A model generated the notes under the pieces. It had not been told where the DNA came from and did not search any database. It worked only from the letters and a program-made list of their open reading frames with translations. 64,000 nt of DNA from an uncultured Chloroflexia bacterium (GTDB taxonomy: Bacteria > Chloroflexota > Anaerolineae > CG2-30-64-16), in the NCBI GenBank assembly GCA_963810095.1, contig CAWEMM010000001.1, forward strand, positions 32,001 to 96,000. Reading direction: 5' to 3'. Below, one piece after another: positions 1 to 9,526 of this stretch. The position numbers were made by a program, and so were the translations under genes. The stretch's first letter is position 1; each line of letters opens with the position of its first letter.

Positions 1-1
1 G

Positions 2-1096
2 CAGTGGTACGGCGACGCCATCCCGATGTGGGTCGCCGACATGGATTTCCTCGCTCCCGAGCCGGTCATCGCCGCGCTCCAGGCGCGCGTTTCGCACGGG
101 ATCTTTGGCTATGCGAACGAGCCCGCCGACCTGCGCGAGGTGCTGCAGGCGTGGCTGTTGCGCCGGTTCGACTGGCGGGTGGCGGCAGAAGCGCTCGTCT
201 TCACACCCGGCGTCGTGACCGCTTTCAACGTTGCATGCCGGGCCTTCTGCACGCCCGGCGATGGCGTCCTCGTGCAGGCGCCCGTCTACCCGCCGATGCG
301 CACCGCACCGGCCAACTTCGACCTGGTCTGCGACGAGATGGAGTTGACCCGGGGCGCGGACGGGCGCTACTGGGTCGATCTTGAGCGCATGAACGCGACG
401 ATCACGGACCGGACGAAGCTGTTCATGCTCTGCAACCCGCACAACCCCACCGGAAGGGCATTCACCGGCGAAGAACTCACACGGATGGCCGAGGTGAGCT
501 TGCGTCGCGGGCTGGTGATCTGCTCCGACGAGATCCACTGCGACCTAATTTACGCCCCGAACCGGCATCTCCCGGTCGCCAGCCTGGCGCCCGAGATTGC
601 CCGCCGCACGGTCACGATCATGGCGCCCAGCAAAACCTTCAACATTCCGGGACTGGGCTTCTCGTTCGCGATTATCGAGGACGCCGCGCTGCGCAAGCAG
701 TATAAAGCGGCGGGCCGCGACATCGTGCCGCACATCAACGCCATGGGCTACACCGCTGCGCTGGCCGCGTACACGGAGGGCGAGCCGTGGCTGTCCGAGT
801 GCATCGCCTATCTGCAGGCCAACCGCGACTTCCTCGCGCAGTTTGTTGCGGAGCGGATGCCCGGCGTGCGCATGGCTGTGCCCGAAGCCACCTACCTGGC
901 CTGGCTCGACTTCAGCGGCGCGCAGCTGGGCGAGGACCCACACAAGTTCTTCCTGAAGCACGCCGGCGTCGCGCTGAACGAAGGCGGGCCGTTCGGACCC
1001 GGAAGCGACGGTTTTGCACGCCTGAACTTTGCCTGCCCCCGCAGCCTCCTCGTCGAGGCGTTGGAGAAGATGGCGACGGCCATGCAGGCAGCCTAG
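2..1096 (+). CDS. MalY/PatB-family PLP-dependent C-S lyase (cystathionine beta-lyase-like), 5'-truncated by the window edge
   Basis: Motifs PMWVADMDF, LCNPHNPTG, SDEIH, APSKTFN (PLP lysine), YLAWLD and RLNFACP. The frame is open to the window start. Confidence 0.92.
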   Translation, partial: QWYGDAIPMWVADMDFLAPEPVIAALQARVSHGIFGYANEPADLREVLQAWLLRRFDWRVAAEALVFTPGVVTAFNVACRAFCTPGDGVLVQAPVYPPMRTAPANFDLVCDEMELTRGADGRYWVDLERMNATITDRTKLFMLCNPHNPTGRAFTGEELTRMAEVSLRRGLVICSDEIHCDLIYAPNRHLPVASLAPEIARRTVTIMAPSKTFNIPGLGFSFAIIEDAALRKQYKAAGRDIVPHINAMGYTAALAAYTEGEPWLSECIAYLQANRDFLAQFVAERMPGVRMAVPEATYLAWLDFSGAQLGEDPHKFFLKHAGVALNEGGPFGPGSDGFARLNFACPRSLLVEALEKMATAMQAA

Positions 1097-1104
1097 GGAA
1101 TTCG

Positions 1105-1188
1105 ACCACGGAGACCCACAACGACGAGAAGGCGCGACGTTGCTTCGCGGCCCTTTGTGGCAGCGTATCGTTGTAGTGGGTCCGAGTC
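1105..1188. repeat. Imperfect intergenic palindrome starting ACCACGGAGAC
   Basis: GACCCACAACGA pairs with TCGTTGTAGTGGGTC with a bulge. The first bases resemble the element at 38607. Confidence 0.35.
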
Positions 1189-1209
1189 ACAGCCGTATAG
1201 CCGCCGGTT

Positions 1210-1238
1210 TTGACACGCACTCCCCGCCGTGCTATACT
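1210..1238 (+). promoter_or_regulatory. Sigma70-type promoter of the tRNA operon
   Basis: TTGACA-17 bp-TATACT with an extended TG, about 45 nt before tRNA-Ser. Confidence 0.85.
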
Positions 1239-1284
1239 GCGCCTCGCAGTGGGATGAGGGTGCCGTTGCGCGGCAAGCGTTCCC

Positions 1285-1372
<88 letters not shown>

Positions 1373-1423
1373 GGTTCACCCCAGGCGGCCTGCGGTGTCC
1401 CGGCGTCCAGCCGTGGCGAATAG

Positions 1424-1516
1424 GGGGAGGTCGCATAGCTTGGTTTAGTGCGCCCGCCTGCTAAGTGGGTATAGAGGACTTAACCTCTATCGCGGGTTCA
1501 AATCCCGCCCTCCCCG
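1424..1516 (+). tRNA. tRNA-Ser(GCT)
   Basis: Acceptor stem GGGGAGG/CCTCCCC, anticodon arm CCCGC-CTGCTAA-GTGGG, long variable arm, GGTTCAAATCC T-arm, G73. CCA is not encoded. Confidence 0.95.
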
Positions 1517-1561
1517 CCTGGCCTTGACGGGCTTGCCCGTACGGGCTAACAACTTCATCGG

Positions 1562-1634
1562 GTCCCAGTAGCTCAGCGGATAGAGCGCTACCCTGCGGAG
1601 GTAGAGGCCGAGCGTTCAAATCGCTCCTGGGATA
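1562..1634 (+). tRNA. tRNA-Arg(GCG)
   Basis: Acceptor stem GTCCCAG/CTGGGAT, D-arm GCTCAGCGGATAGAGC (A20 Arg identity element), anticodon arm CTACC-CTGCGGA-GGTAG, T-arm GAGCGTTCAAATCGCTC. Confidence 0.93.
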
Positions 1635-1642
1635 CCTGAGCC

Positions 1643-1676
1643 GGGGCGATCGCCGAAAGGCGGTCGCCTCTTTTTT
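1643..1676 (+). terminator. Intrinsic terminator of the tRNA operon
   Basis: GGGGCGATCGCC-GAAA-GGCGGTCGCCTC followed by T6. Confidence 0.88.
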
Positions 1677-1754
1677 GAGTGTTGGGACCTCCGAGGTCTG
1701 GCCGCTACACAGTGGCGTATCCTCGGAGGTCTTGCTTTCGCGAGGGAAAATACT

Positions 1755-3643
1755 GTGTCAAACGAAGAAATCAATGCGGGAGTCGCGGCGGAAGATACTT
1801 TCGACTCGTTGGGTCTCAACGAGTCGATCCAGCGCGGCCTGAGCGAGTTGGGCTACGAAGCACCCACGCCCATCCAGCGCCAGACGATCCCGCTCCTGCT
1901 GGCCGGCCGCGATGTGGTGGGGCAGGCGCAGACAGGCACCGGCAAAACTGCCGCGTTCGCCCTGCCGGTCCTGCAAAACCTTGATCTGGGCCTCAACGCC
2001 GTGCAGGCGCTCATCCTGACGCCCACCCGCGAGCTTGCGCTCCAGGTGGCCGAGGCCTTTCACGCGTACGCCCGCTACCTGGGCCGGGTCAGGGTGCTGC
2101 CGGTGTACGGCGGACAGGCGATCCAGGCGCAGTTGGTGCGCCTGCACTCGGGCGTGCAAATCATCGTCGGCACGCCAGGCCGGGTGATGGACCACCTGCG
2201 CCGGGGCACGCTGGACTTTTCGAGCCTGAAGACCGTCGTGCTGGACGAGGGCGACGAGATGCTGCGGATGGGGTTCGTCGACGATATCGAATGGATCCTC
2301 GCGCAGGCGCCGGAAGGAATCCAGAAGGCCCTGTTCTCGGCGACGATGCCCGAGGAAATCAGGCGAATTGCCGACCGTTATCTGCATGATCCGGCCAGCA
2401 TTCAAACGGTTCAGCGCACGCTCACCGTGCCTACAGTCGAGCAGCGGTACGTCCTGGTGCCCGAGTCTGCCAAGCTCGAAGCGCTGGCACAGATCCTCGA
2501 GCTCGAAGGGACGCCCGGCGAAGGCGTGCTCGTTTTCACGCGGACCAAGACGGCCGCGGCCGAGCTGGCCGAGCGACTGAACGCCCGCGGGTACGCGGCC
2601 GAAGCGCTGCACGGCGACCTGAACCAAGCCCAGCGTGAGAACGTGATCCGCCGTCTGCGCAGCGGTCAACTGGACCTGGTTACTGCAACCGATGTGGCCG
2701 CCCGCGGGTTGGACGTCGAGCGCATCGGGCTCGTGGTCAACTACCACATGCCCTACGATCCCGAGTGGTACGTCCACCGTATCGGCCGCACGGCCCGGGC
2801 GGGCCGGGCAGGTCGTGCGGTCCTCTTCGTGACCCCCGCGAGCAGCGCCTCTTGCGTGACATCGAACGCTTTACGGGACAGAAGATCAAGCCGAGTAAAC
2901 TGCCGACCCATGCGGACGTCGCCGAGCGACGGGTCGCGCTCTTCAAGCAGCAGATCGTGGACAGCCTCGAAGGCGAAGATCTGGACTTGTACCTGACCCT
3001 CGTCGGCCAGGTGGCCGAGGAAACCGGCCGGGACATTGCCGAGGTCGCCGCCGCGGCCGCCCGCCTCGCCCGAGGCGACAAGCCGCTGACGCTGGCAGTC
3101 CAGGAGCAGCCGGCCGATCTCGCGCCGTCCGAGGACGGCATGGTGCGCCTCGTGATCGATGCAGGCCGCGAGCAGGGTGTGCGGGCAGGCGACATCGTGG
3201 GTGCGATCGCCAACGAGGCAGATATCCCCGGCAAGGCGATCGGCGCAATCGACATCTACGACCGGTTCACGTTCGTGGAGGTGCCGCAGGAGTACCGGGA
3301 GGCCGTTCTGACGGCGATGGCCGGCGCGGAGATCCGCCGCATGCCGGTGAACGTGCGCCTGGCGGTCGCGCGTGACGTGGCCGAAGCGCCGGCGCGACCG
3401 GAACGGCCGCCCCGCGGCGCCCATCCGCCCTTCGGCGACGCCCGCCGGCACGGGCCGTACGGGGAGGGCGGGCACGGCGGCCCCTGGCCGGCCCCGGCTG
3501 CCGCGGGAACGCGAGCGGGACGATCGCAGCCAGGGCGAGCGACGGCCCTACCCGCCTGCGGGCGCGGCCCGACGAGCCGGCCGTCCGGCGGCTGGAAGCC
3601 GCGGCCTGGCGGCAAGCCGGAGCGGCCGCCGCACAAGAAGTAG
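1755..3643 (+). CDS. deaD: DEAD-box RNA helicase DeaD/CsdA-type with DbpA RNA-binding domain (frameshift near 2835)
   Basis: Q-motif, AQTGTGKT, PTRELA, DEGD, SAT and HRIGRTAR motifs. The sequence continues in the 2765..3643 frame with the GDIVGAIANEA DbpA domain and an Arg/Gly/Pro tail. Confidence 0.88.
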
Positions 3644-3713
3644 CGCGCACTTCGCCGGCCCACCGACCGCCCGAACGGCCAGCCGAAGGAGCCCGCCATC
3701 GACTATTGCTATG

Positions 3714-3749
3714 AAAAACAGCGGAGCACTTCGGCTCCGCTGTTTCTTT
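3714..3749. terminator. Bidirectional intrinsic terminator between convergent deaD and serS
   Basis: AAAAACAGCGGAGC-loop-GCTCCGCTGTTTCTTT. Confidence 0.85.
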
Positions 3750-3773
3750 GTCTGTTTCGGCCGAGCCGCGCGG

Positions 3774-5054
3774 CTACCGGATCGCTTCCAGCCCGCCCAT
3801 GTAGGGCCGCAGCACCTCGGGCACGGTGATCGTGCCGTCCGCATTCTGATAGGTCTCGATCACCGCGATCATCACCCGGGGCAGTGCCAACCCCGACCCG
3901 TTCAAGGTGTGCACAAACTCCGGCTTCGCGCCCGGCTCCCGGCGGAACCGGATGTTCGCGCGGCGGGCCTGGAAGTCCGTGAAGAGACCACACGAGCTGA
4001 CCTCCAGCCACTCCTGGCAGCCGGGCGCCCACATCTCCACGTCGTACTTCTTCGCAGCAACGAAGCTCAGATCGCCCGTACACATCTCAATGATGCGATG
4101 CGGGATGCGGAGGCCGCGACAGATGTCCTCGGCATTGTCGACGAGCGAGTGCAGTTCGCGCACCGAATCCTCGGGCCTGGTAAACTTCACCATTTCGACC
4201 TTATCGAACTGGTGCCCGCGCTTTATGCCGCGGACGTCGCGGCCCGAGCTCATCTTCTCCCTGCGGAAACACGGCGTGTAAGCCACGTGCTTCACAGGCA
4301 GGCGCGCACCGTCCAGGATCTCGTCCCGGTATAAGTTCGTAACCGGCACTTCTGCCGTGGGAATCCACCAAAAGTCCTCCTCGACATCACGGTAGAGGTT
4401 CTCGCCAAACTTGGGCAGGTTGCCCGTGCCGACCAGGATTTCCTCCTTGACCATGTAAGGGGGATAGATTTCGGTGTAGCCCTGCTGCAGGGTGTGCACG
4501 TCCAGCATCCACGTGATCAGCGCCCGCTGCAGCCGCGCCCCCGCGCCTTTGAGCACGTAGAACCGGGTGCCGCTCAACTTCACACCCCTGTCGAAGTCGA
4601 TGATGTCCAGCGCAGTGCCAAGGTCCCAGTGCGCCCGGGGCTCGAAGTCGAATTGGCGCATCTCGCCTTCCTGGCGCACGACCACGTTCTCGCTGTCGTC
4701 CTTGCCCACCGGCACATCGGGCAGCGGCACGTTGGGGATGTTCAGCATGGCAGCGTTGAAGTTCCGCTCCACCAACGCGAGCTCTTCATCCAGGGCCTTA
4801 ATCTCGTCGCCGATCTCGGTCATGTGCGCCTGCAACTGCTGGCCTTCCGACTTGCGCCCCTCCCGCATCAACTGCCCGATCTGCTTCGAGCCGGCGTTCC
4901 GCTCGGCCCGGAGCACCTCGACGCGGGTGATGATCTCACGGCGTCGTGCGTCGAGCGTGAGCGCTTCCGTCACCGGCGCGTCGGTCGCACCGAGCGCCTG
5001 CATGGCAGCGAGCACCGCCTCCCCATTTTCCCGCATGTACTTGATATCTAGCAT
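3774..5054 (-). CDS. serS: Serine--tRNA ligase
   Basis: Start MLDIKY after an AGGAGG-like SD. Motifs IPTAEVP, FRRE, HQFDKVE, EVSSC and HTLNGSGLA. Confidence 0.98.
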   Translation of the reverse strand: MLDIKYMRENGEAVLAAMQALGATDAPVTEALTLDARRREIITRVEVLRAERNAGSKQIGQLMREGRKSEGQQLQAHMTEIGDEIKALDEELALVERNFNAAMLNIPNVPLPDVPVGKDDSENVVVRQEGEMRQFDFEPRAHWDLGTALDIIDFDRGVKLSGTRFYVLKGAGARLQRALITWMLDVHTLQQGYTEIYPPYMVKEEILVGTGNLPKFGENLYRDVEEDFWWIPTAEVPVTNLYRDEILDGARLPVKHVAYTPCFRREKMSSGRDVRGIKRGHQFDKVEMVKFTRPEDSVRELHSLVDNAEDICRGLRIPHRIIEMCTGDLSFVAAKKYDVEMWAPGCQEWLEVSSCGLFTDFQARRANIRFRREPGAKPEFVHTLNGSGLALPRVMIAVIETYQNADGTITVPEVLRPYMGGLEAIR

Positions 5055-5099
5055 GTCCTCATCCTCCTGCCCTGCGAAGCATCGCCGCGCTCGGGCAAC

Positions 5100-5372
5100 A
5101 AAAAACGCCCCCGCCTGACCAACCATGACGGTCATACCGTCGTGGTCAGCCAGGGACGAGGGGCGCCTCGTGGTGCCACCCTGGTTCGCCGCTGCGTGTA
5201 TGGCAGCAGCCTCAAGGATCCGCTAACGGGGATCAGGCGATGATCCATACTGGCGAACAGGTCGCGTTCAGGATCACAGCTCGGGAGTGGATTTCGACGC
5301 GCTTACCCACTGCCTCGCACCGACCGGCAGCTCTCTGATGGAATCGCGCGCCTACTTGTCTCCGTCGGCGCT
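5100..5372 (-). ncRNA. T-box riboswitch (Ser specifier UCC) upstream of serS
   Basis: On the minus strand: AGTA, AGAGA and GGTGCGA stem I motifs; specifier loop GAAA-TCC-A (5289-5291); AGTA/GAA stem II; CCGTTA; T-box AACCAGGGTGGCACCAC; antiterminator partner CTCGTCCCTG; GC hairpin plus T-run. The bulge UGGC matches tRNA-Ser G73-CCA. Confidence 0.93.
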
Positions 5373-5386
5373 TTATCGACGCAGCC

Positions 5387-5415
5387 AGTATAGTCTCTGC
5401 TGCAGCGCGTGTCAA
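5387..5415 (-). promoter_or_regulatory. Promoter of the T-box/serS transcript
   Basis: TTGACA-17 bp-TATACT on the minus strand directly upstream of stem I. Confidence 0.85.
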
Positions 5416-5536
5416 AAGCCGGGCGACCTAAGAACACTTCGGGAGGAGCCGCAGAACGTATCTTGACTGGCTTATGCACGTCATCAACATCGAGCGTATT
5501 GCACACGGCTTGCCAATGCGGCGACAAGGCTAGCCC

Positions 5537-5546
5537 GTGCTATAAT
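5537..5546 (+). promoter_or_regulatory. Extended -10 promoter candidate for the glycan cluster
   Basis: GTGCTATAAT about 300 nt before the first cluster gene. No clear -35 element. Confidence 0.55.
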
Positions 5547-5842
5547 GTGATCTATAGAACGCTTGCCTCGGCGCTCTTCCACGGAAGAGGTTCGGGGTGC
5601 CGCATCGGCGCCTGAAATTGCGAACGTAACAGAACAGAGCTATAGTTTATTACACCAAACGACCTAGACACTCGGCGCTTGCCCACCTGGTTGCATAAGA
5701 CCACCCGTAGCCTGACCCTTCGCTCGCCGTTGAAGCAACTGCTCCGGCGAACCCTATACCTGGTTGCCTTGCCCTGCGGCCACACTGCACGGGGCATGGC
5801 GGCGCTTACGCCGGAACGCTGCACGTTGCGGGGCTCGCAGCA

Positions 5843-6598
5843 GTGAGCAGAAAGCCGTCCGGGCGGGCAGCGGGAGGGCTCGGCACGTATATTGCGCGCC
5901 AGGCGACCAGCCCCTTGCGATACCTGCTCGAGCAGACCGTCATGACCCTCTTCGGCTGGGTTCCAACGGTCGTCGGTATCGGACTCCGGGCGGTGATCTA
6001 CCGGGCCATCCTTCGCATGGATGGGCCGGCGGCCATCGAGAACCGGGTGCGGCTGCGGTTCGCCGGCCTGATCCGCTTGGGCCGTCACGTGTACCTCGAC
6101 CAGGGTGTCTACCTCCATGCCTGCCCCGATGGCATCACGATTGGGGATCGTTCGCTGGTGATGCACGGGTCTATCCTGCACGTTTACAACTTCCGTGGGC
6201 TACCGCACGCCTTCATTCGCATCGGCTGCGACTCCCTTATCGGCGAGATGAACGTGCTGCGAGGCCAAGGGGGCATTACGATTGGCGACCGCGTCTATAC
6301 TGCCCCGTTGGTGCAGATGCTCGCGGTCAACCATGTTGCCGACGACCCGAGAGGTCCCATTATTGACCAGGGCATCACTGCCGAAGGAATCATAGTCGAA
6401 GACGACGCGTGGATCGGCGCAGGAGCCATCATCACCGACGGCGTGCGGATCGGCAAAGGCGCGGTCGTGGCCGCCGGCGCGGTGGTGACGGGTGATGTAC
6501 CCGCACACACAGTCGTCGGCGGCATCCCGGCAAAGGTGATCCGCGAAATTGATGGAAGCGTCCGCGACCGGCCCGCTACCCGCAAGGTGTACTTCTAG
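5843..6598 (+). CDS. Hexapeptide-repeat (LbH) sugar O-acyltransferase
   Basis: GITIGD repeats, [48 protein letters not shown]. Confidence 0.9.
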   Translation: MSRKPSGRAAGGLGTYIARQATSPLRYLLEQTVMTLFGWVPTVVGIGLRAVIYRAILRMDGPAAIENRVRLRFAGLIRLGRHVYLDQGVYLHACPDGITIGDRSLVMHGSILHVYNFRGLPHAFIRIGCDSLIGEMNVLRGQGGITIGDRVYTAPLVQMLAVNHVADDPRGPIIDQGITAEGIIVEDDAWIGAGAIITDGVRIGKGAVVAAGAVVTGDVPAHTVVGGIPAKVIREIDGSVRDRPATRKVYF

Positions 6599-6613
6599 CC
6601 AGGGAAACCCCGC

Positions 6614-7884
6614 ATGCCCACACTCTCCGTAGTCATTCCGGCCTATAACGAGGAAGACAGCATCGCGGCGGTTGCGCGCCGGGTGCTCGAAGCCCGCGAG
6701 CCGCTCCGAGCGACCGGCGTCGACGGCCTCGAGTTGATCGTGGTCGACGACGGCTCGCGCGACCGCACCCGGGAAATCGTGCGCGGCCTGCCCGGCGTGC
6801 GGCTGCTGTGCCACACGGTCAACGGCGGCTACGGTGCCGCGCTCAAAACCGGCTTTGCCGCGGCGTCCGGCGAGTGGATCGGTTTCCTCGACGCGGACGG
6901 GACGTATCCACCAGAGTATTTTCCCGAGCTCTGTCGTGTGGCACTCAGCCAGGACGCGGATGTCGTCATCGGGTCACGCATGGCGGGCGCAGCGAGCGAG
7001 ATGCCGGCCACGCGGCGGCTGGGCAACTTCATCTTCGCCCATCTGGTCAGCCTCGTCAGCGCGGAGCGGATCACCGACTCGGCCAGCGGCATGCGGGTCT
7101 TTAAGAAGAGCGTCCTCGCCCGGATGTATCCCCTGCCCGACGGACTCAACCTCACGCCGGTGATGAGCACCCGTGCGCTGCACGAAGGGCTCCGGATGGT
7201 GGAGACGCCAATTCCCTACAGCGAGCGGCAGGGGCGCTCCAAGCTCAGCGTGGTGCGGGACGGGCTTCGCTTCGCCGGCTCGATTATCTGGACGGCGCTG
7301 ACCTACAACCCGGTCCGCCTGCTCGGCATTGCCGGCGCGCTGGCGCTCCTGGTCGCCGGGCTGATCGGTGCACTGTTCGTCCTCGCGCGGCTCCAAGGGG
7401 TGACCGAGCTCGGCCCGCTCGGGGTGTTCGCGCTGTTCGCGGCCGTCGTGTCTGGCCGTGGCAGGCGTCAGCATCTTTACCTTGGGGGCAAGTTTCAACT
7501 ACCTGGTGGCCCTGTTCTACAAGCGGCCAATCCGCCAGGGCATCTTCGGCCGGCCCCTGTTCAAGCGGCCGCTGGAGCGCCATTTCGGCTGGCTCGGCCT
7601 GCTCGCAATGCTTGTCGCCACGCTGCTGGGCATCGGAAGCCTCGTCCTTGGCTTGAACGGCTGGCCGCAGACACGTCTCTGGTTCTGGGAGCTGCTCTGT
7701 GCGGCGACGCTGCTGATCGGGCTGCAGTTGGTGGTCTCGTGGTTTATGATGCGGGCGCTGGCCGAAGCTTAACCAGCGCGAGGTGCGCGTGACGGACGAC
7801 CTGGCAGGCAGCGAGGTCACGGCCGATGCCGACGCTGCCAGAAACCCCGCTTTTCGAAGCAACCAGGTTTCGCTTGGTTCCTGA
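6614..7884 (+). CDS. GT2 polyprenol-phosphate glycosyltransferase (DPM1/GtrB-like) with C-terminal transmembrane helices (frameshifts near 7455 and 7768)
   Basis: Motifs [36 protein letters not shown] and GRSKL. Hydrophobic helices continue in the 7458 frame. Confidence 0.82.
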
Positions 7885-9526
7885 GTGTCATTAGTGAGTG
7901 ATCTGAACGAGTTGGCTCCCGAGTTACGGGCGAACCTGGGTACCAGGCGAGTGCCGCCGCTTCCCCTTGCCCGCTTCCCCGACGCGGGTGCGGTCGTCGC
8001 GACGCTCGATTCGTCGACCCGGCCCCCGGGGAGCGTCGACGTGCTGCTTGTCAACCCACCCACGCCGGACGGCGGCATTTGGATCCGTTCGCAGCACCGG
8101 GTGGGCCGCCGCAGCCGCGAGAACATGATCTGGCCGCAGGTAGACCTGGCGCAGATGGCCGCCCTGCTGCTGCCTCATTATGCCGTCGAAATCGTCGATT
8201 GCGTCGCGCTTCGCATGGCTTGGCCAGAATTCGAAAAGCTGCTGGAGGCGAAACGTCCCAGGTTTTACGTGACACAGGTGACGGCCCCCTCGCTGCGCAA
8301 CGACATGTACGGCGTGTTTCTCGCGCGGTCGCTCGGCGCACGGACGGTCGCGTTCGGCACCCATGTCACACCGCTGACGCTGGAAACGATGCGCCCCTTC
8401 CCTGCGTTGGACTTCATCCTGCGCGGGGAGCCGGAATACACCTTGCGCGAACTGGTGGATGCGCTTGTTGGCAAACGTGGCGCAGGTCGAGCTAATTGGC
8501 CTGAGCCTCGTTGGATCGATCCACGAGGCTCAGGCCAATTCGTCAGATCCGTTCGATCTGCGTTCTATTCGCGGCCTGGCCTGGCGCGCCGCTGGGGAGA
8601 TCGTCATCAACCCCGATCGGCCCTTCATCCCGTCGCTGGACGAACTGCCGATGCCCCGGCACGACCTGCTGCCGCTGCAGAAGCAGCGGATGCCGATGAT
8701 CAAGGGGCCATTTACCTTCATTGTCACAAGCCGGGGCTGCCCCGCGGGGTGCAAGTACTGCATCAAGCACGTCAGCTACCAGACCAGCGTGCGCCTGCGC
8801 TCGCCGCAGCTCATCTTCGAGGAACTGCAGCTTCTCGACAAGCTGGGCGTGCATCACGTCCACATGTACGCCGACCTCTTTACCGTCAACCGGGCGCAGG
8901 TCGTCGACCTGTGCCGTCTCATCGTTGACTCGGGGCTGAAGGTGAAGTGGACGTGCAACAGCCGGGTGGACTACGTCGACGAGGAGATGCTGCAGCTGAT
9001 GGGCAAGGCCGGCTGTTGGTATATCTCCTGGGGCATCGAGAGCGCCAACGAGCAGATCCTGAAGGCCGCCCGGAAGGGCTACCGGAAGGAGCAGGCCCTC
9101 AGGGCGCTCCGCTGGGCGAAGGCCGCAGGCATCAACAACTGGGGCTTCTTCATCATTGGTCTGCCCGGCGAGACCGAAACCACGATTCGGGAGACTATTG
9201 ACTACGCGAAGGCACTGCCTCTCGACATTGCGCTCTTCCACATCGCCGCCCCATACCCTGGAACGCCCTTCTTCTACGAGGTGGCAGAGAACCAGTGGTT
9301 CCGGCCCGGCACTAAGTGGGAAGAGGTCGACATGGACCAGTCGACCGTGCTCGACTACCCCGGGCTCTCTGCCGAGCGGCTGGAATACTGGCAGAAGCGC
9401 GCCACCCGCGAGTGGTCGATGCGGCCGGGCCCCATGCTGACGTTCCTCAGAGGCATGAACAGCTGGGAAGGGTTCAAGTCGGCCCTGAGTGTCGGGATGC
9501 AGACACTGAAGTTCGTGCGGAGTTGA
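7885..9526 (+). CDS. Cobalamin-binding radical SAM protein (class B methylase/HpnJ-like; frameshift near 8470)
   Basis: N-terminal B12-binding region (LLVNPP, FGTHVT, RGEPE), then SRGCPAGCKYC, GIESA, FIIGLPGET and PYPGT. Confidence 0.88.
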
